Shown here one piece after another: positions 48,491 to 59,865 of a stretch of DNA of 64,000 bases. The position numbers and the translations under genes were made by a program. The notes under the pieces are model-generated. The model was not told the origin of the DNA, ran no database searches, and worked only from the letters and a program-made list of their open reading frames with translations. Source of the stretch: Nostoc sp. (GTDB lineage: Bacteria; Cyanobacteriota; Cyanobacteriia; Cyanobacteriales; Nostocaceae). Numbering within the stretch: the first letter of the stretch is position 1; each line of letters opens with the position of its first letter. The stretch is from the NCBI GenBank assembly GCA_036918135.1, contig JBALDB010000036.1, positions 31,773 through 95,772 of the forward strand. Reading direction: 5' to 3'.

Positions 48491-50956
48491 CTATTTTTCT
48501 AAGTCAGGAGAGGGTAGATTTGCCAAATTAGTCACTAAGTAAATTCCCCAGATTGCCATTGCCCGCAGGTAAGTGCAAGCGCGAAAAGTACCAGCTGCGG
48601 TGATAGCTTCAGGTGTGCGAAATTGTAATCCATTGTCGTAAATTTGCTGCACCACAGCTTGTGTCAACTTTAATGCTTCATCCTTCATTCCCATCTGCAC
48701 AAGAAAAGCCGCCAAGCCGAAGTTTATTCCTGTCCAAACTTCCAGAGGATGAGTCGCTTTGGGATTTTCTGGAGAACCGTCAGGACGAACACCATTAGCA
48801 GCACCAAACTGACCATCGCAGAATTTTAAAAAGCAGGCATCATAAACAGTTTTCAGGGCACAGAGGGCGCGATCGCTCGGTACAATATCGGGTAATCCTA
48901 GCAAGCGGGCGTAGAACTGTCCGCATAATTGATCTGCCATTACCACATCAGAACCACTTTTACTATCAAGTCGATAATATTGTCCGTTCCAAAGTTTTTC
49001 TTGGTAGATTGGGCGGGATTGTTCTAACCAAGCTTCATAAGTGGATTTTTGAAGCGCTAAGTTGCCCCGATCGCCAGGGTTTTTTTCTAACAAAATATTA
49101 CTGATAGCGATCGCAGCTTCTAGCGCTGCTAACCACAATCCTCCACAATAAGCGCTGACACCTTGTAACCGCCAATCATCAAATGTTTGGTCAGGCGCTC
49201 CAGAATTTTCCGGAATCCCATCGCCATCTAGGTCAAAAGTTTTTAAGTAGTTGAGGGTTTGAACGATCGCATTCCAGCAATCTGCTAAAAATTCTACATC
49301 CTCAGCACCCGTAAGCAGAAAATCTCGGTATACCTGCAATACAAAATCACTACTTAAATCTTTCCATAAATTGCAGTCTTGATAGCTGGTGTAATTAGTT
49401 TTTTCCCAAACGTGTTCATTCGGTGCGCCTAAATCGTGGGGTGTTGCACCAGCGGCTTTGCGGACAGCAAGCGGACTTTCTGCCTTGATTGTCATGTAAT
49501 AGCCAATGATTCGGGGAGTTTCATCACCTTCAGGAATTGCCCGTGCAAATGCCCGCATCACTGATTTTTCCAATTCTGGAAACAGCATTAGCAAAGCAAA
49601 AGAGCCGTATAACCGCACATCTAGACTTTCATACCAACGGTAATCTAAGCACTCTAGCACCGCAAACTGACCGATGGGGTCAAGTTTTGATGCCGCACTC
49701 CAAAGAGTACCACCACTGGTGAGGTCGTAAAGCTCATTAAATAACGCCATTTTGAACCAAGAAGGTAAATCTTTGCGGTCGAGAATGGGTTGTTGCCAAT
49801 TTTGAATTTGCGATCGCCAGGTTTGATATTGTTCTAAAGTAGTGGATGCGATCGTCCAAGCATTACTACCATCTTTACCAAAAAAGTCTGTATATCTGCG
49901 ATAATAATTTATTTCGGCGGCAAATTCCGTAATCGGCAAATCCCAAGCCAAGACAAAAGGGATTTCTAGAGTTTCGCTTGGTTGGAGAGTAAAACGAAGG
50001 GCGATCGCAGTTCCTAGTTGTGTATTTTCTGTTGCTGGAGTTGTGTCTTGATAATTAGATAAAGAACCATCTTGGGCAAAGGTTTCCCACACATCTTCGC
50101 CCATACCAATGCTATTCCACTGGGTGTGATAAAATACTTCTGCTTGGGGATGTTTTAACGTTGCAATACACCAAGTTCCGTCCCCTTCTTGTAAAGGTTT
50201 TTCACTAGCAACTCGACTTAAAATACAACCAAATTGTTCAGCATTTTCAACAAGCTGGTTATAGTTTCCTTGACTTTCACGCCAGCGTGGTTGGTATTCA
50301 TAAACTGGACTACCATCATCGCGTACCCGCACTTGAGGAGATTTGAGAGCATTGGTAAACCAGCCCACCATATTTTCCCAGGTAAGCATGATGCTGAGAG
50401 TAATAGGTGCATTTGTGGGGTTGTGAGCATTCCAAAGGAACACTGCTACAGGGTAGCTAGTTTCTTGGTAATTGGCTGCCCACACAGGAGAAAACTGTTC
50501 GCAAGTCAACTGTGCTTGGAAAACATTTTCATACACAAACCAGCTACGGGGATATAAAGCATGATATTCGCCAGTTTGGCGTTGATTGATGGAATTAACT
50601 TCTCCCCTGTCCTTACTTACTGGATACCATTGCCATGCGCTGAGACTACCATCCTCAGGTGCTTGGGTAGACAAAGCGTAGGCTTGGGAAGATGTACCAT
50701 TGAACTCAAATACACTAAATTGACAGGCGGGGGCGTTTTTGAAGATATGCTCACCGCCATCGATGTGCCATAAATTAAAGTCTCCCCGCGAAGAACGACC
50801 GATGCAACCTGCACCAAAGCCACCTAAGGGCATACCATGCCAAGGGCCATCATCAAGATTACTTGCGTAGCGGACAGTGTAGGGCTTGTCCCAACCTAAA
50901 CCAATGGGACGACTCCAAGTGCAAGAGGGAATTTTCGCAGAAGATTGATTTATCAT
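48491..50956 (-). CDS. GH116 beta-glucosidase (glucosylceramidase-like)
   Basis: GMPLGGFGAG, LECLDY, PDQTFDDW, ADQLCGQ and FRTPEA...YLRAMAIW motifs. Confidence 0.92.
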   Translation of the reverse strand: MINQSSAKIPSCTWSRPIGLGWDKPYTVRYASNLDDGPWHGMPLGGFGAGCIGRSSRGDFNLWHIDGGEHIFKNAPACQFSVFEFNGTSSQAYALSTQAPEDGSLSAWQWYPVSKDRGEVNSINQRQTGEYHALYPRSWFVYENVFQAQLTCEQFSPVWAANYQETSYPVAVFLWNAHNPTNAPITLSIMLTWENMVGWFTNALKSPQVRVRDDGSPVYEYQPRWRESQGNYNQLVENAEQFGCILSRVASEKPLQEGDGTWCIATLKHPQAEVFYHTQWNSIGMGEDVWETFAQDGSLSNYQDTTPATENTQLGTAIALRFTLQPSETLEIPFVLAWDLPITEFAAEINYYRRYTDFFGKDGSNAWTIASTTLEQYQTWRSQIQNWQQPILDRKDLPSWFKMALFNELYDLTSGGTLWSAASKLDPIGQFAVLECLDYRWYESLDVRLYGSFALLMLFPELEKSVMRAFARAIPEGDETPRIIGYYMTIKAESPLAVRKAAGATPHDLGAPNEHVWEKTNYTSYQDCNLWKDLSSDFVLQVYRDFLLTGAEDVEFLADCWNAIVQTLNYLKTFDLDGDGIPENSGAPDQTFDDWRLQGVSAYCGGLWLAALEAAIAISNILLEKNPGDRGNLALQKSTYEAWLEQSRPIYQEKLWNGQYYRLDSKSGSDVVMADQLCGQFYARLLGLPDIVPSDRALCALKTVYDACFLKFCDGQFGAANGVRPDGSPENPKATHPLEVWTGINFGLAAFLVQMGMKDEALKLTQAVVQQIYDNGLQFRTPEAITAAGTFRACTYLRAMAIWGIYLVTNLANLPSPDLEK

Positions 50957-51114
50957 CGCCTGATATCACAGCGTGCAGTTACGTCCATGAAGACTAGCGC
51001 GATGTACGATTTTTATCAAGTAGTTGGTGACTATTGAGTTAAGAATGCTGTTAGCAGTAGCGGGACAAGGAGTGAGGAATACCCCTATTAAAGTGAACAA
51101 TCTCCAAAAAAGAA

Positions 51115-51145
51115 TGTAGAGACGTAGCAGTGCTACGTCTCTACA
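51115..51145. repeat. REP-like perfect palindrome / bidirectional hairpin
   Basis: TGTAGAGACGTAGCA-G-TGCTACGTCTCTACA, with 15-bp arms and GTAG at the foot. Confidence 0.85.
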
Positions 51146-51170
51146 GGGATTTTATTCAATCCCCACACAG

Positions 51171-51404
51171 CTATTTTTTATTACCGTCCTCATTGTCATC
51201 TAGATCGTTGTGCTTATCGGAATCTTTAGTTTTTCCTTGAGACTTGATGGAGCCAAAGCTATATGCCATAGCGATTTTAACAATATCGAAGTATGCTGGG
51301 TGATTATCTTTGTTGACAATTGCCAACGAAATTGACCCCGCCACTAAGATGACTAAAATAGGCGAAAGTGTTTCTCCCACAGGGCTGTTGCTGTTGTTTG
51401 ACAT
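51171..51404 (-). CDS. small hypothetical membrane protein
   Basis: 77 aa; AAGGA RBS; hydrophobic LSPILVILVAGSISLAIV segment and a charged tail. Confidence 0.6.
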   Translation of the reverse strand: MSNNSNSPVGETLSPILVILVAGSISLAIVNKDNHPAYFDIVKIAMAYSFGSIKSQGKTKDSDKHNDLDDNEDGNKK

Positions 51405-51519
51405 GGTAAAATTTCCTTTGAAGAAGCTTTTGGCTGAAGTAAAAGATAGCCAAAGGCAATTGATTAAGTTTCAGCATGAGATTTGAGTCGCACCTGTTCT
51501 CTACATAGACAGGTAAAAA

Positions 51520-51759
51520 CTAACGCCAAGATTCGATAATCATGGCGATCGCAAACAAACAAAACAAAATCGCTGCTATCCGAAACAACCATTGCCATAC
51601 AACTGCGGATAATAATATCCCTGCGAGCGAGACGGCACCAAGCACTTTGGATATAATCAAGGCAATTCCCAAACCAAGCAGAGTAAAGAGAAAAAACTTC
51701 AGCCCTTTAGTAGCCCACTTAAATAAGTGGTTTTCGTCGTTTTTAAGATTGGTATTCAT
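51520..51759 (-). CDS. small 2-TM hypothetical protein
   Basis: ATG 51759 has an AAGGA RBS; two hydrophobic helices. Confidence 0.65.
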   Translation of the reverse strand: MNTNLKNDENHLFKWATKGLKFFLFTLLGLGIALIISKVLGAVSLAGILLSAVVWQWLFRIAAILFCLFAIAMIIESWR

Positions 51760-52388
51760 AGTTTTTATCCTTTTTTGACAGTTGAATCTTGTTAGCCAGC
51801 GCATACTCGACTATGCCAAGTAAGGAGCGAATAGTTACAACATTGCTCCTAGCAGGTCAAGGAAAACTACAGCTATACTCCTAAATTGAGTTAGCTTGGT
51901 ATTTGTAGATGGTGAAAATTAAGCTCCTAAATTAATACAGTTGAGTCAAAGAAATTTATGTATTAGGGCAAGTAGAGAGAAAAGGTTTATCCGAACACAA
52001 TTAGCTCTTAAATAATTTGCAATGACAATCTGGAAATCGATATTAGGTGCTAAATGCTCGTGATAACGCAGAACGCAGATTACGCGCATCAAACCCTAAA
52101 ATGCAATTTCCAAAAGACAACATACTTGCCTTTTTGACAATCTTCAAAATCGATGCATTACTCACTAAGTTTCATAGAGTTAACGGTAAACTTACTCAGT
52201 TACTCAATAAACCAGTGTTAAACTCACTATAAAGTAACTAAGTTACTTAGTCAAGCAATCGAGTAAGAAAATTGTTTATCACAAAACCACCATAGTAATA
52301 GACAGTAATTATAGGCCGTTAGCTTATGAGAGATTGAATTCTCACATAGTGAGCTAACATTGGGAGTGTAGTTTGTATTGGTGAGAGC

Positions 52389-55300
52389 ATGAGTGCGATT
52401 CCCCAAAACTTTGTTGTGGCTTTAGCCCAAGAACGGGGTGTATCCAGTAGTGAGTTAGAGGTCTTGTTTGGTGTGGTCGACGACAAATCGCCTAATGCGA
52501 TCGCCAAAGAATTAAATATTAGCGCCGAAGCAGTACGCAAAAGATTAAGCGAGGTTTATAAAAAATTTCATGTCAGCGGTGCTGGTCCGGGAAAACTCAC
52601 TAAGTTACAGCAAGTGATTGAAAGTGAGTATCGAGTATCTTTAGTTAGCGTGAAACCCTATGCCAGCAAGCCTCTAGATTGGGGCGAAGCACCTAGTATC
52701 AGTGGTAGCTTTTACGGACGAGGAGCAGAATTGTCTTGCCTAAAGCAATGGATTGTCAAGGATAAGTGCCGATTAGTAGCACTATTAGGGATGGGGGGAA
52801 TTGGCAAAACCACTTTGTGTGTAAAGCTAGCAGAGGAAGTAGAGTCTGATTTTGAATACTTGATTTGGCGATCGCTCCGCAATGCCCCACCTCTCAAAGA
52901 ACTCTTGGCTAACCTAATCGTATTTTTATCTGATGAAAAAGAAATTGATATACCAGAAACCGTAGATAATCAAATAACCTTACTGATTAAATATTTACGA
53001 AAACAGCATTGTCTTTTGGTCTTGGATAATGTCGAGACAATTTTGCAACCGGGCGATTGCGCCGGACATTATACAGAAGGATATGAAGGTTATGGTCAGC
53101 TACTCAAACGGGTAGGAGAAGAACCTCATCAAAGCTGCTTAGTGCTAACTTCTCGCGAAAAACCCAAAGAATTTGCACCATTAGAGGGAGCACGAGTCAG
53201 AACATTATCACTACCCAGATTGGAAAAAACAGAAGTACAAGAAATTCTTAAAGATAAAGACTTGGAAGGTGAACCTACCAGTTGGACAAAATTGGTTGAG
53301 AATTATTCAGGTAATCCCTTGGCATTAAAGCTTGTGTCTGAGACAATCAGGCAATTATTTGATGGTAATATCGCTGCCTTTTTAAATGAAGGAGAGATAA
53401 TTTTTGGCGACACGCGTAATTTATTAGAGCAGCAGTTTGAGCGGACATCGGATCTAGAAAAAGAAATCATCTACTGGTTGGCAATTAAGCGTGAAGCAGT
53501 TTCACTAGAAGATTTGCTAGATGATATTATAAGTCCTTTTTTAAAAAGAGAATTACTAGAGGCAGTAGAATCACTACGCAGGCGATCGCTAATTGAGCAA
53601 ATAAGTGAGAAAACATCTGCACTATTCACGCTCCAACCTGTGGTGATGGAATACATCACTGACAAACTGATTGAACAAGTCTGCCAAGAAATTACCAGTA
53701 GTGAAATTGCACTTTTCAATAGTCATGCCTTGATAGGAGCTACTGCTGAAAATTATGTTAGAGATATCCAAATTCGCCTCATTCTGAAGCCAGTTGCCGA
53801 AAGGTTACTCAATATTTTTATAACTCCAAAATATGTTAGAGACAAACTAACCCAAATTCTAGATAAATTGCGAGACAAATCCGCTGTAAAACCAGGGTAT
53901 GCAGGGGGTAATACTCTTAATTTACTGTGTCAACTACAGGCCGATTTAAATGGCTATAACTTTTCTTATCTAGCTGTTTGGCAAGCCTACTTGCAAGGTA
54001 AAAATTTGCACGATCTCAATTTCGCTTACTCAGACTTATCTAAGTCAATTTTTACAGAAACCTTCGGGAGTATCTTATCAGTGACATTTAGCCCCGATGG
54101 TAAATTTTTGGCTACAGGTGATGCTGATGGTAAAGTTCGTTTGTGGAACTTTGATGGCAAACAACTTTTCACTTGTAAAGGGCATACTAGGCGGGTATGG
54201 TCAGTCGCGTTCAGTCCGGATAGTAACACCTTAGCAAGTGGCAGTGACGATCGAACAGTAAGATTATGGGACGTTTACACTGGTGAATGTCTTAAAATCT
54301 TGCAAGGACACACTAATTGGATCTGGTCAGTGTCTTTCAGCCCAGATGGTAAAATCTTAGCGAGTGGTAGTGATGACCAAACAATAAAACTGTGGGATGT
54401 GAACTCTGGTAAATGCCTGAAAACCTTTCAGGAACATACTAGTCGGGTAAATTCTGTAGTTTTCGACCCAGATGGTAAAGTCTTGGCAAGTAGCAGTGAC
54501 GATCGAACATTGAAACTGTGGGATGTCAACTCTGGTAAATGCCTGAAAACCTTGCAAGGACACACTAATTGGATTTGGTCAGTGGCTTTCAGTCCAGATG
54601 GCAAGCTACTGGCAAGTGGCAGTGAAGACCAAACAGTGAAACTGTGGGATGTCAACTCTGGTAAATGCCTGAAAACTTTGCAAGGACACACCAAATGGGT
54701 TTGGTCAGTGGCTTTTAGTCCAGACGGCAAGCTACTTGCAAGTGGCGGTGAAGACCAAACAGTAAGATTATGGGACATCAACTCTGGTAAATGCCTGAAA
54801 ACTTTGCAAGGACACACCAAATGGATTTGGTCAGTGACTTTCAGTCCAGATGGTAAGCTACTTGTAACTAGTAGTGATGACCAAACAGTAAGATTATGGG
54901 ATATCAACTCTGGTAAATGTTTGAAAGTTTTGCAAGGCTATACCAATTGGGTCAGGTCAGTGGCTTTCAGTCCAGATGGCAAGCTACTGGCAAGTGGTAG
55001 TGAAGACCAGACAGTGAAACTGTGGGATGTTCACTCTGGTGAATGCCTAAAAATTCTGCACGAGCATGTTGGTAGAGTCAGCTCAATTGTTTTTAGTCCC
55101 GATAGCAAAACCTTAGCCAGCGGAAGCGAAGACCAAACAGTAAGACTGTGGGATGTCCAATCTGGCAACTGCTTGAAAGTTTTGCGGGGTCATACTAATT
55201 GGATTTGGTCAGTGGCTTTCAGTCCAAATGGCAATATTCTCGCTAGTAGCTGCGAAGACCAAACAGTGAGACTGTGGGATGTCCAATCTGGCAACTACTT

Positions 55301-55928
55301 GCGAGCTTTGCAGGGGAAAACCTCTTGGATTTGGTCAATAGCTTTTAGTCCAGATGGCAAGCTACTGGCAAGTGGTGGTGACGAGCAAACAGTCAGACTG
55401 TGGGATGTCAACTCTGGTAAAGCCCTAAAAGCTTTAGATGGACATACCAATTGGGTTAGGTCAGTAGCTTTCAGTCCGAATGGTGAAATATTGGCTACTG
55501 GGAGTGAAGACCAAACAGTGAGACTGTGGAACGTCGAATCTGGTGAACGCTTAGAAGTTTTGCAAGGACATACTAACTGGGTCAGGTCAGTTGTTTTCAG
55601 TCCAGACGGCAAGTTGCTAGCAAGTGGTAGTGACGATCGAACAGTCAAACTCTGGAATCTCAATAAAGGAGAATCGTTGAAAACTTTACAGGGACACTCT
55701 TTGGAAGTATTGTCAGTAGTCTTCAGTCCAGATGGTCAAACCTTAGCCAGTGGCAGCCAAGATGAAACAATTAAACTTTGGGATATATCGACGGGTAAGT
55801 GCCTAAAAACACTACGATCGCCAAAACCCTACGAAGCAATGAATATCACTGGGGTAACAGGATTAACATCGGCACAGATAAATACTCTCAAAGCCTTAGG
55901 AGCAGTAGAAGATATAGAACAAAAATAA
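52389..55928 (+). CDS. HTH, NB-ARC (STAND), pentapeptide-like linker and ~14 WD40 repeats
   Basis: HTH ([26 protein letters not shown]), [17 protein letters not shown] and GNPLAL motifs, and [25 protein letters not shown] repeats. Confidence 0.93.
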   Translation: MSAIPQNFVVALAQERGVSSSELEVLFGVVDDKSPNAIAKELNISAEAVRKRLSEVYKKFHVSGAGPGKLTKLQQVIESEYRVSLVSVKPYASKPLDWGEAPSISGSFYGRGAELSCLKQWIVKDKCRLVALLGMGGIGKTTLCVKLAEEVESDFEYLIWRSLRNAPPLKELLANLIVFLSDEKEIDIPETVDNQITLLIKYLRKQHCLLVLDNVETILQPGDCAGHYTEGYEGYGQLLKRVGEEPHQSCLVLTSREKPKEFAPLEGARVRTLSLPRLEKTEVQEILKDKDLEGEPTSWTKLVENYSGNPLALKLVSETIRQLFDGNIAAFLNEGEIIFGDTRNLLEQQFERTSDLEKEIIYWLAIKREAVSLEDLLDDIISPFLKRELLEAVESLRRRSLIEQISEKTSALFTLQPVVMEYITDKLIEQVCQEITSSEIALFNSHALIGATAENYVRDIQIRLILKPVAERLLNIFITPKYVRDKLTQILDKLRDKSAVKPGYAGGNTLNLLCQLQADLNGYNFSYLAVWQAYLQGKNLHDLNFAYSDLSKSIFTETFGSILSVTFSPDGKFLATGDADGKVRLWNFDGKQLFTCKGHTRRVWSVAFSPDSNTLASGSDDRTVRLWDVYTGECLKILQGHTNWIWSVSFSPDGKILASGSDDQTIKLWDVNSGKCLKTFQEHTSRVNSVVFDPDGKVLASSSDDRTLKLWDVNSGKCLKTLQGHTNWIWSVAFSPDGKLLASGSEDQTVKLWDVNSGKCLKTLQGHTKWVWSVAFSPDGKLLASGGEDQTVRLWDINSGKCLKTLQGHTKWIWSVTFSPDGKLLVTSSDDQTVRLWDINSGKCLKVLQGYTNWVRSVAFSPDGKLLASGSEDQTVKLWDVHSGECLKILHEHVGRVSSIVFSPDSKTLASGSEDQTVRLWDVQSGNCLKVLRGHTNWIWSVAFSPNGNILASSCEDQTVRLWDVQSGNYLRALQGKTSWIWSIAFSPDGKLLASGGDEQTVRLWDVNSGKALKALDGHTNWVRSVAFSPNGEILATGSEDQTVRLWNVESGERLEVLQGHTNWVRSVVFSPDGKLLASGSDDRTVKLWNLNKGESLKTLQGHSLEVLSVVFSPDGQTLASGSQDETIKLWDISTGKCLKTLRSPKPYEAMNITGVTGLTSAQINTLKALGAVEDIEQK

Positions 55929-55992
55929 AAGGTAAAAGGATGAATTTAGTATTCTTTAGTTCATCCATTTACCTTTCTTATGTACCTGATGC

Positions 55993-56196
55993 TTATTTCA
56001 TGTTAGCCCTTGCGTCCCTCACTGCGGCAAAGAAAAATAATCCTGTGAGTGGAATACTCAATGCGAGAATAATTGCCGTGGTTGTGACACCTAAATCTGG
56101 TTGTCCGTAACTGAGTTCAAAAATCGAACCGACGGCTGCGATCGCACTTACACAACAACCACCCAGAAACAAACCGCTTTTTGGAGTTAAATACAC
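55993..56196 (-). CDS. small membrane protein downstream of def
   Basis: 67 aa with two hydrophobic segments (AIAAVGSIFEL); 11 nt downstream of def. Confidence 0.7.
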   Translation of the reverse strand: MYLTPKSGLFLGGCCVSAIAAVGSIFELSYGQPDLGVTTTAIILALSIPLTGLFFFAAVRDARANMK

Positions 56197-56207
56197 TACT
56201 GAGTCCC

Positions 56208-56771
56208 CTATGCTACTGGTTTCACCGCTTGGTACGAGAAGCCATTCTTAGATAGCTCCTGAGCTAAAGTCAAGGAGTTTTCCACACGGTCTACAAACAC
56301 CACACCGTTGAGATGATCCATTTCGTGCTGAATGCAGCGTCCTAAGAGGTCATTAGCCTTTAAAATTTTGGGACGACCGTACTCGTCTTTATAGGCAATT
56401 TCCACGACTTCAGGGCGCTTCACATCTAGGTATACGTTGGGAATGCTTAAACATCCTTCTTGGGCAACGGAGATGTCGCGGCTGACTTGTTTAATTGTGG
56501 GGTTAATCAGCACCAAAGGCTGATTGGCTGCATTTTCTGGTTCCAGGTCAATGACGATTAGTTGTTTGTGAATTCCCACTTGGGGTGCAGCCAAACCAAT
56601 GCCATCTTTGCTGTACATAGTTTGCAGCATTTCGCGCACTATTTGGCGGAGTTCGTCATCAACTTTAGATATCCGCTTAGCAGCTTGACGCAGCACGCGA
56701 TCGCCTAAATAATGAAGCTCCAAAGGCGGATTTTTTAACTTTTTTTTCTCAACAGCTATTTCAGAAGGCAT
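56208..56771 (-). CDS. def: peptide deformylase
   Basis: GIGLAAPQVG, EGCLS and QHEMDHL motifs. Confidence 0.97.
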   Translation of the reverse strand: MPSEIAVEKKKLKNPPLELHYLGDRVLRQAAKRISKVDDELRQIVREMLQTMYSKDGIGLAAPQVGIHKQLIVIDLEPENAANQPLVLINPTIKQVSRDISVAQEGCLSIPNVYLDVKRPEVVEIAYKDEYGRPKILKANDLLGRCIQHEMDHLNGVVFVDRVENSLTLAQELSKNGFSYQAVKPVA

Positions 56772-57001
56772 GAGTCTTGATGGCTAAATAGTGAAAATTC
56801 CTACTACTCTAATTCTATCAAGCTCGTCACTAGTACGTGCTGAGTGGGAGCAATGCGATTTTGCTAGACAATCCCAAAAGTAGAGCGAACGCTAATCATC
56901 TGATAGTTGCCTTGATGTAGATGAAGCGGCGATGTCCGCGAAGACGTTGGAAAAATAAATACTCTGTGCGGTAATTAAAAAAATAAAAAAATAGATATTT
57001 A

Positions 57002-57547
57002 ATGACTATGAACATCTCTTTGGAGTTTGTAATCCCAAATACTGAGTACACAATCAAAAAACTCAACCCCAGCGATGAACGCATTCTTCAACATCTTTAC
57101 GAGCAATGTAGTGACTACGCAATCTTGACAGATGGACATCCACCTTTATCTTCTGCTGCTGCTGATGAATTTTTAGCTCTACCTGAAGGTAAAACAGCAG
57201 AAGATAAATTTATATTTGGTTTGTTCGATGGACATGACACCCTTGTGGGAATGCTTGAAACCATTCGGCATTATCCTGATGACAAAAGTTGGTGGATAGG
57301 GTTAATGATGTTAGCTCCAGAACATCGAGGCAAAGGTAATGGCTCTCAACTTTACCAAGCTTACGAAACTTGGGTAGCACAGCACCAAGGGCAATTTATA
57401 TTCTTGGCTGTTCTCGAAGAAAATCAGCCAGGATTTTCTTTTTGGCAGAAACTAGGCTTTAAAGTGATACGTATAGCACCACCCCAGCAGTTTGGGAATA
57501 AAGTCCATCAGCGCTATGTCATGCAGCGACAAGTGGCTGATGTTTAG
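57002..57547 (+). CDS. GNAT family N-acetyltransferase
   Basis: LMMLAPEHRGKGNG and N..GFSFWQKLGF motifs. Confidence 0.88.
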   Translation: MTMNISLEFVIPNTEYTIKKLNPSDERILQHLYEQCSDYAILTDGHPPLSSAAADEFLALPEGKTAEDKFIFGLFDGHDTLVGMLETIRHYPDDKSWWIGLMMLAPEHRGKGNGSQLYQAYETWVAQHQGQFIFLAVLEENQPGFSFWQKLGFKVIRIAPPQQFGNKVHQRYVMQRQVADV

Positions 57548-57702
57548 TAAACCAGTTAGAACTGTATTTTCAAGAAACTCTTAGTTGAGGAGTACTGAGT
57601 GGTAAGCGGTCAATTGTAACTCCCAAATTCTCAGTTTTGAGTTCTAAATTCTAAATTCTGAGTTATCAATTATGAATTATGAATTTTAGACTAGGGTGAT
57701 TT

Positions 57703-58605
57703 ATGTTTAAATCTCTGACGAAACTTGACTATCTGCTTAAAGAAACTTTCCTTGGTTTACTGAGGGGAGGTTGGATGAATTGGGCAGCTGTCAGCACTGT
57801 CACAGTGTTATTATTTTTATTTGGCTTGAGTTTGCAAACTTCTTGGCAAGTCGAAAAACTTCTTTACCAGTTCGGTAGCCAGCTAGAAGTATCAGTTTAT
57901 CTCGAACCGGATATACAAGCCCAAAGTATTGAACCACTGGTAGCAAAAATGCCAGAGGTAACAGCCATACAAAGAATTACTAAGGAGGAAGCTTGGAGTA
58001 AGTTAGTTAAAGAAATGAGAATTTCGGATATTCAGGGTGTTACGCAACAGCTAGGCGAGAATCCTTTGGTTGATGAGATTAAGGTGAAAGCGCGTAATTC
58101 TCAAGTAGTACCAACTTTAGCAACCCAGCTGGCTAAGTTACGAGGAGTTGATACGGTGCAGTATATCGATGAAGCAGTCAAACGGATTGCTCAGTTACAT
58201 CAGGGTCTAAACTGGATTAGTTTAACAATTACAATTATTTTGACTGTAACAGCGATCGCCGTGACTACCACCACAATTCGCCTAATCGTCATGGCGCGAC
58301 GCCAGGAAATAGAGATTATGCAACTCGTAGGAGCAACTTCTATTTGGATTTACCTCCCATTCATTTTACAAGGAATTACTTTTGGTTTAGTTGGTGGTGC
58401 GATCGCTTGGAGTTTTATTTCTGTGATTCAACAGTTTCTCGGTAAATTGCTAGTTAATCAACCTGAGTTTATTCAAGTTATCACCAACGGAATACAACTC
58501 ACTCCAGCCCAAATTTTATTATTGCCTGTAATTCTCTTGAGCTTCGGTGCCACGGTAGGATTAATAGGTAGCTTATTTGCTGTCAGACGTTTTGCTAAAG
58601 GATAG
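57703..58605 (+). CDS. ftsX: cell division permease FtsX
   Basis: AAVSTVTVLL, ENPL, TTIRL..ARRQEIEIMQLVGAT and PFILQG motifs. Confidence 0.92.
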   Translation: MFKSLTKLDYLLKETFLGLLRGGWMNWAAVSTVTVLLFLFGLSLQTSWQVEKLLYQFGSQLEVSVYLEPDIQAQSIEPLVAKMPEVTAIQRITKEEAWSKLVKEMRISDIQGVTQQLGENPLVDEIKVKARNSQVVPTLATQLAKLRGVDTVQYIDEAVKRIAQLHQGLNWISLTITIILTVTAIAVTTTTIRLIVMARRQEIEIMQLVGATSIWIYLPFILQGITFGLVGGAIAWSFISVIQQFLGKLLVNQPEFIQVITNGIQLTPAQILLLPVILLSFGATVGLIGSLFAVRRFAKG

Positions 58606-58681
58606 TCATTTGTCATTTGTCCTTTGACTAGCCTAGTCTTGTCTGGGTGAGTTGTGATGAGACTGCAATCTCTACTCATTT

Positions 58682-58723
58682 GAGCTTCTGAACTCGAAAC
58701 TTCGACCTCTGAACTCGGAGTTT
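58682..58723. repeat. 2 x 21-bp units of the family arrayed at 10788..11102, in inverted orientation
   Basis: Reverse complement reads AAACTCCGAGTTCAGAGGTCG AAGTTTCGAGTTCAGAAGCTC. Confidence 0.8.
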
Positions 58724-58848
58724 TCAATTTTTTAAAAAACAACTGAAGTTTTAAATTCAACGAATATCAAATTAAACCTATATATCAACTTGACAAGACT
58801 AATCAAATGACAAATGACCAATGACAAATAACAAAGGACAAAATCACT

Positions 58849-59655
58849 ATGAAATCACAATGGGAATGTTTTCTGCAAAATCTCGGTGTGTGGGAAGGTT
58901 CATTTGCCAGTATTTCTCCCCAAGGTACACTTCTAGACGATACTCCTAGCCGTCTTTCCCTAGAAGGTTTGAATAATAACGAGGCAGTGCGCCTAACTTT
59001 GAGCCGTTCGGGACGAGATATGGTTAGAGAATTTAGTTCTGTAGGAGGGGGTCTGCTGTTTTTTGAAAATGGGTCATTTTCGGAAGGTGTAATTCAGATA
59101 GGCCCATTTTCCGAATTTGGCGCAGAACTCGCTTTTGTTCATGAAAATCGCCGCTTGCGTTTTGTGCAAGTGTTTGATAAAAGCGGTCAGTTCAATAAAT
59201 TAGTCTTAATTAGAGAACATCTAGCTGGAACCCCAGCCGCAGAACGTCCACCTTTGCAGTTAAATGACTTGTTAGGAGAATGGCAAGGTCAAGCAGTGAC
59301 AATATATCGAGATTGGCGATCGCCTGATACTTACTCTACAACTCTAAAATTACAATTAGATGATACTGGGCGATTAATTCAAAGTACTTCTTTTGGAGAA
59401 CGCACACTTACCTCAACTGCTACTATTAAAGGTTCTATCGTTCTGTTTGATGAAAATCCCGAAAAGCAGATACAAGTATTACTGCTACCTGATGGCGGTT
59501 CTACAGTTTCACCACTAAAGGTGCAATTACGTCAACCTTTATTCTTAGAAGCGGGTTGGTTAATCCAACCAAACCTCCGCCAGCGGATGATTCGCAGCTA
59601 TAACGACAAAGGCGAATGGGTTAGTCTCACCTTAGTTACTGAAGAAAGAAGGTAA
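58849..59655 (+). CDS. DUF3598 family protein
   Basis: SQWECFLQNLGVWEGSF, FFENGSFS.G and RQRMIRSY..KGEW motifs. Confidence 0.85.
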   Translation: MKSQWECFLQNLGVWEGSFASISPQGTLLDDTPSRLSLEGLNNNEAVRLTLSRSGRDMVREFSSVGGGLLFFENGSFSEGVIQIGPFSEFGAELAFVHENRRLRFVQVFDKSGQFNKLVLIREHLAGTPAAERPPLQLNDLLGEWQGQAVTIYRDWRSPDTYSTTLKLQLDDTGRLIQSTSFGERTLTSTATIKGSIVLFDENPEKQIQVLLLPDGGSTVSPLKVQLRQPLFLEAGWLIQPNLRQRMIRSYNDKGEWVSLTLVTEERR

Positions 59656-59865
59656 AATGCGATCGCAGTTGAGTAACTGCTGTTAGAGGATGTTTGAAAA
59701 GTAATGTGTATCTTAGAAGTTTATGCTTTAAGTGACAGAATTACTAGTGCGATTAAATACAAAAAAATTATTAAATATTCCTTAACTGTCTTAAGTGTCT
59801 TAACTTTCCTTGATTTATTGTCAAAATTTCAAGATACTTACATTGAAAAATTAATTAAAAAAATC

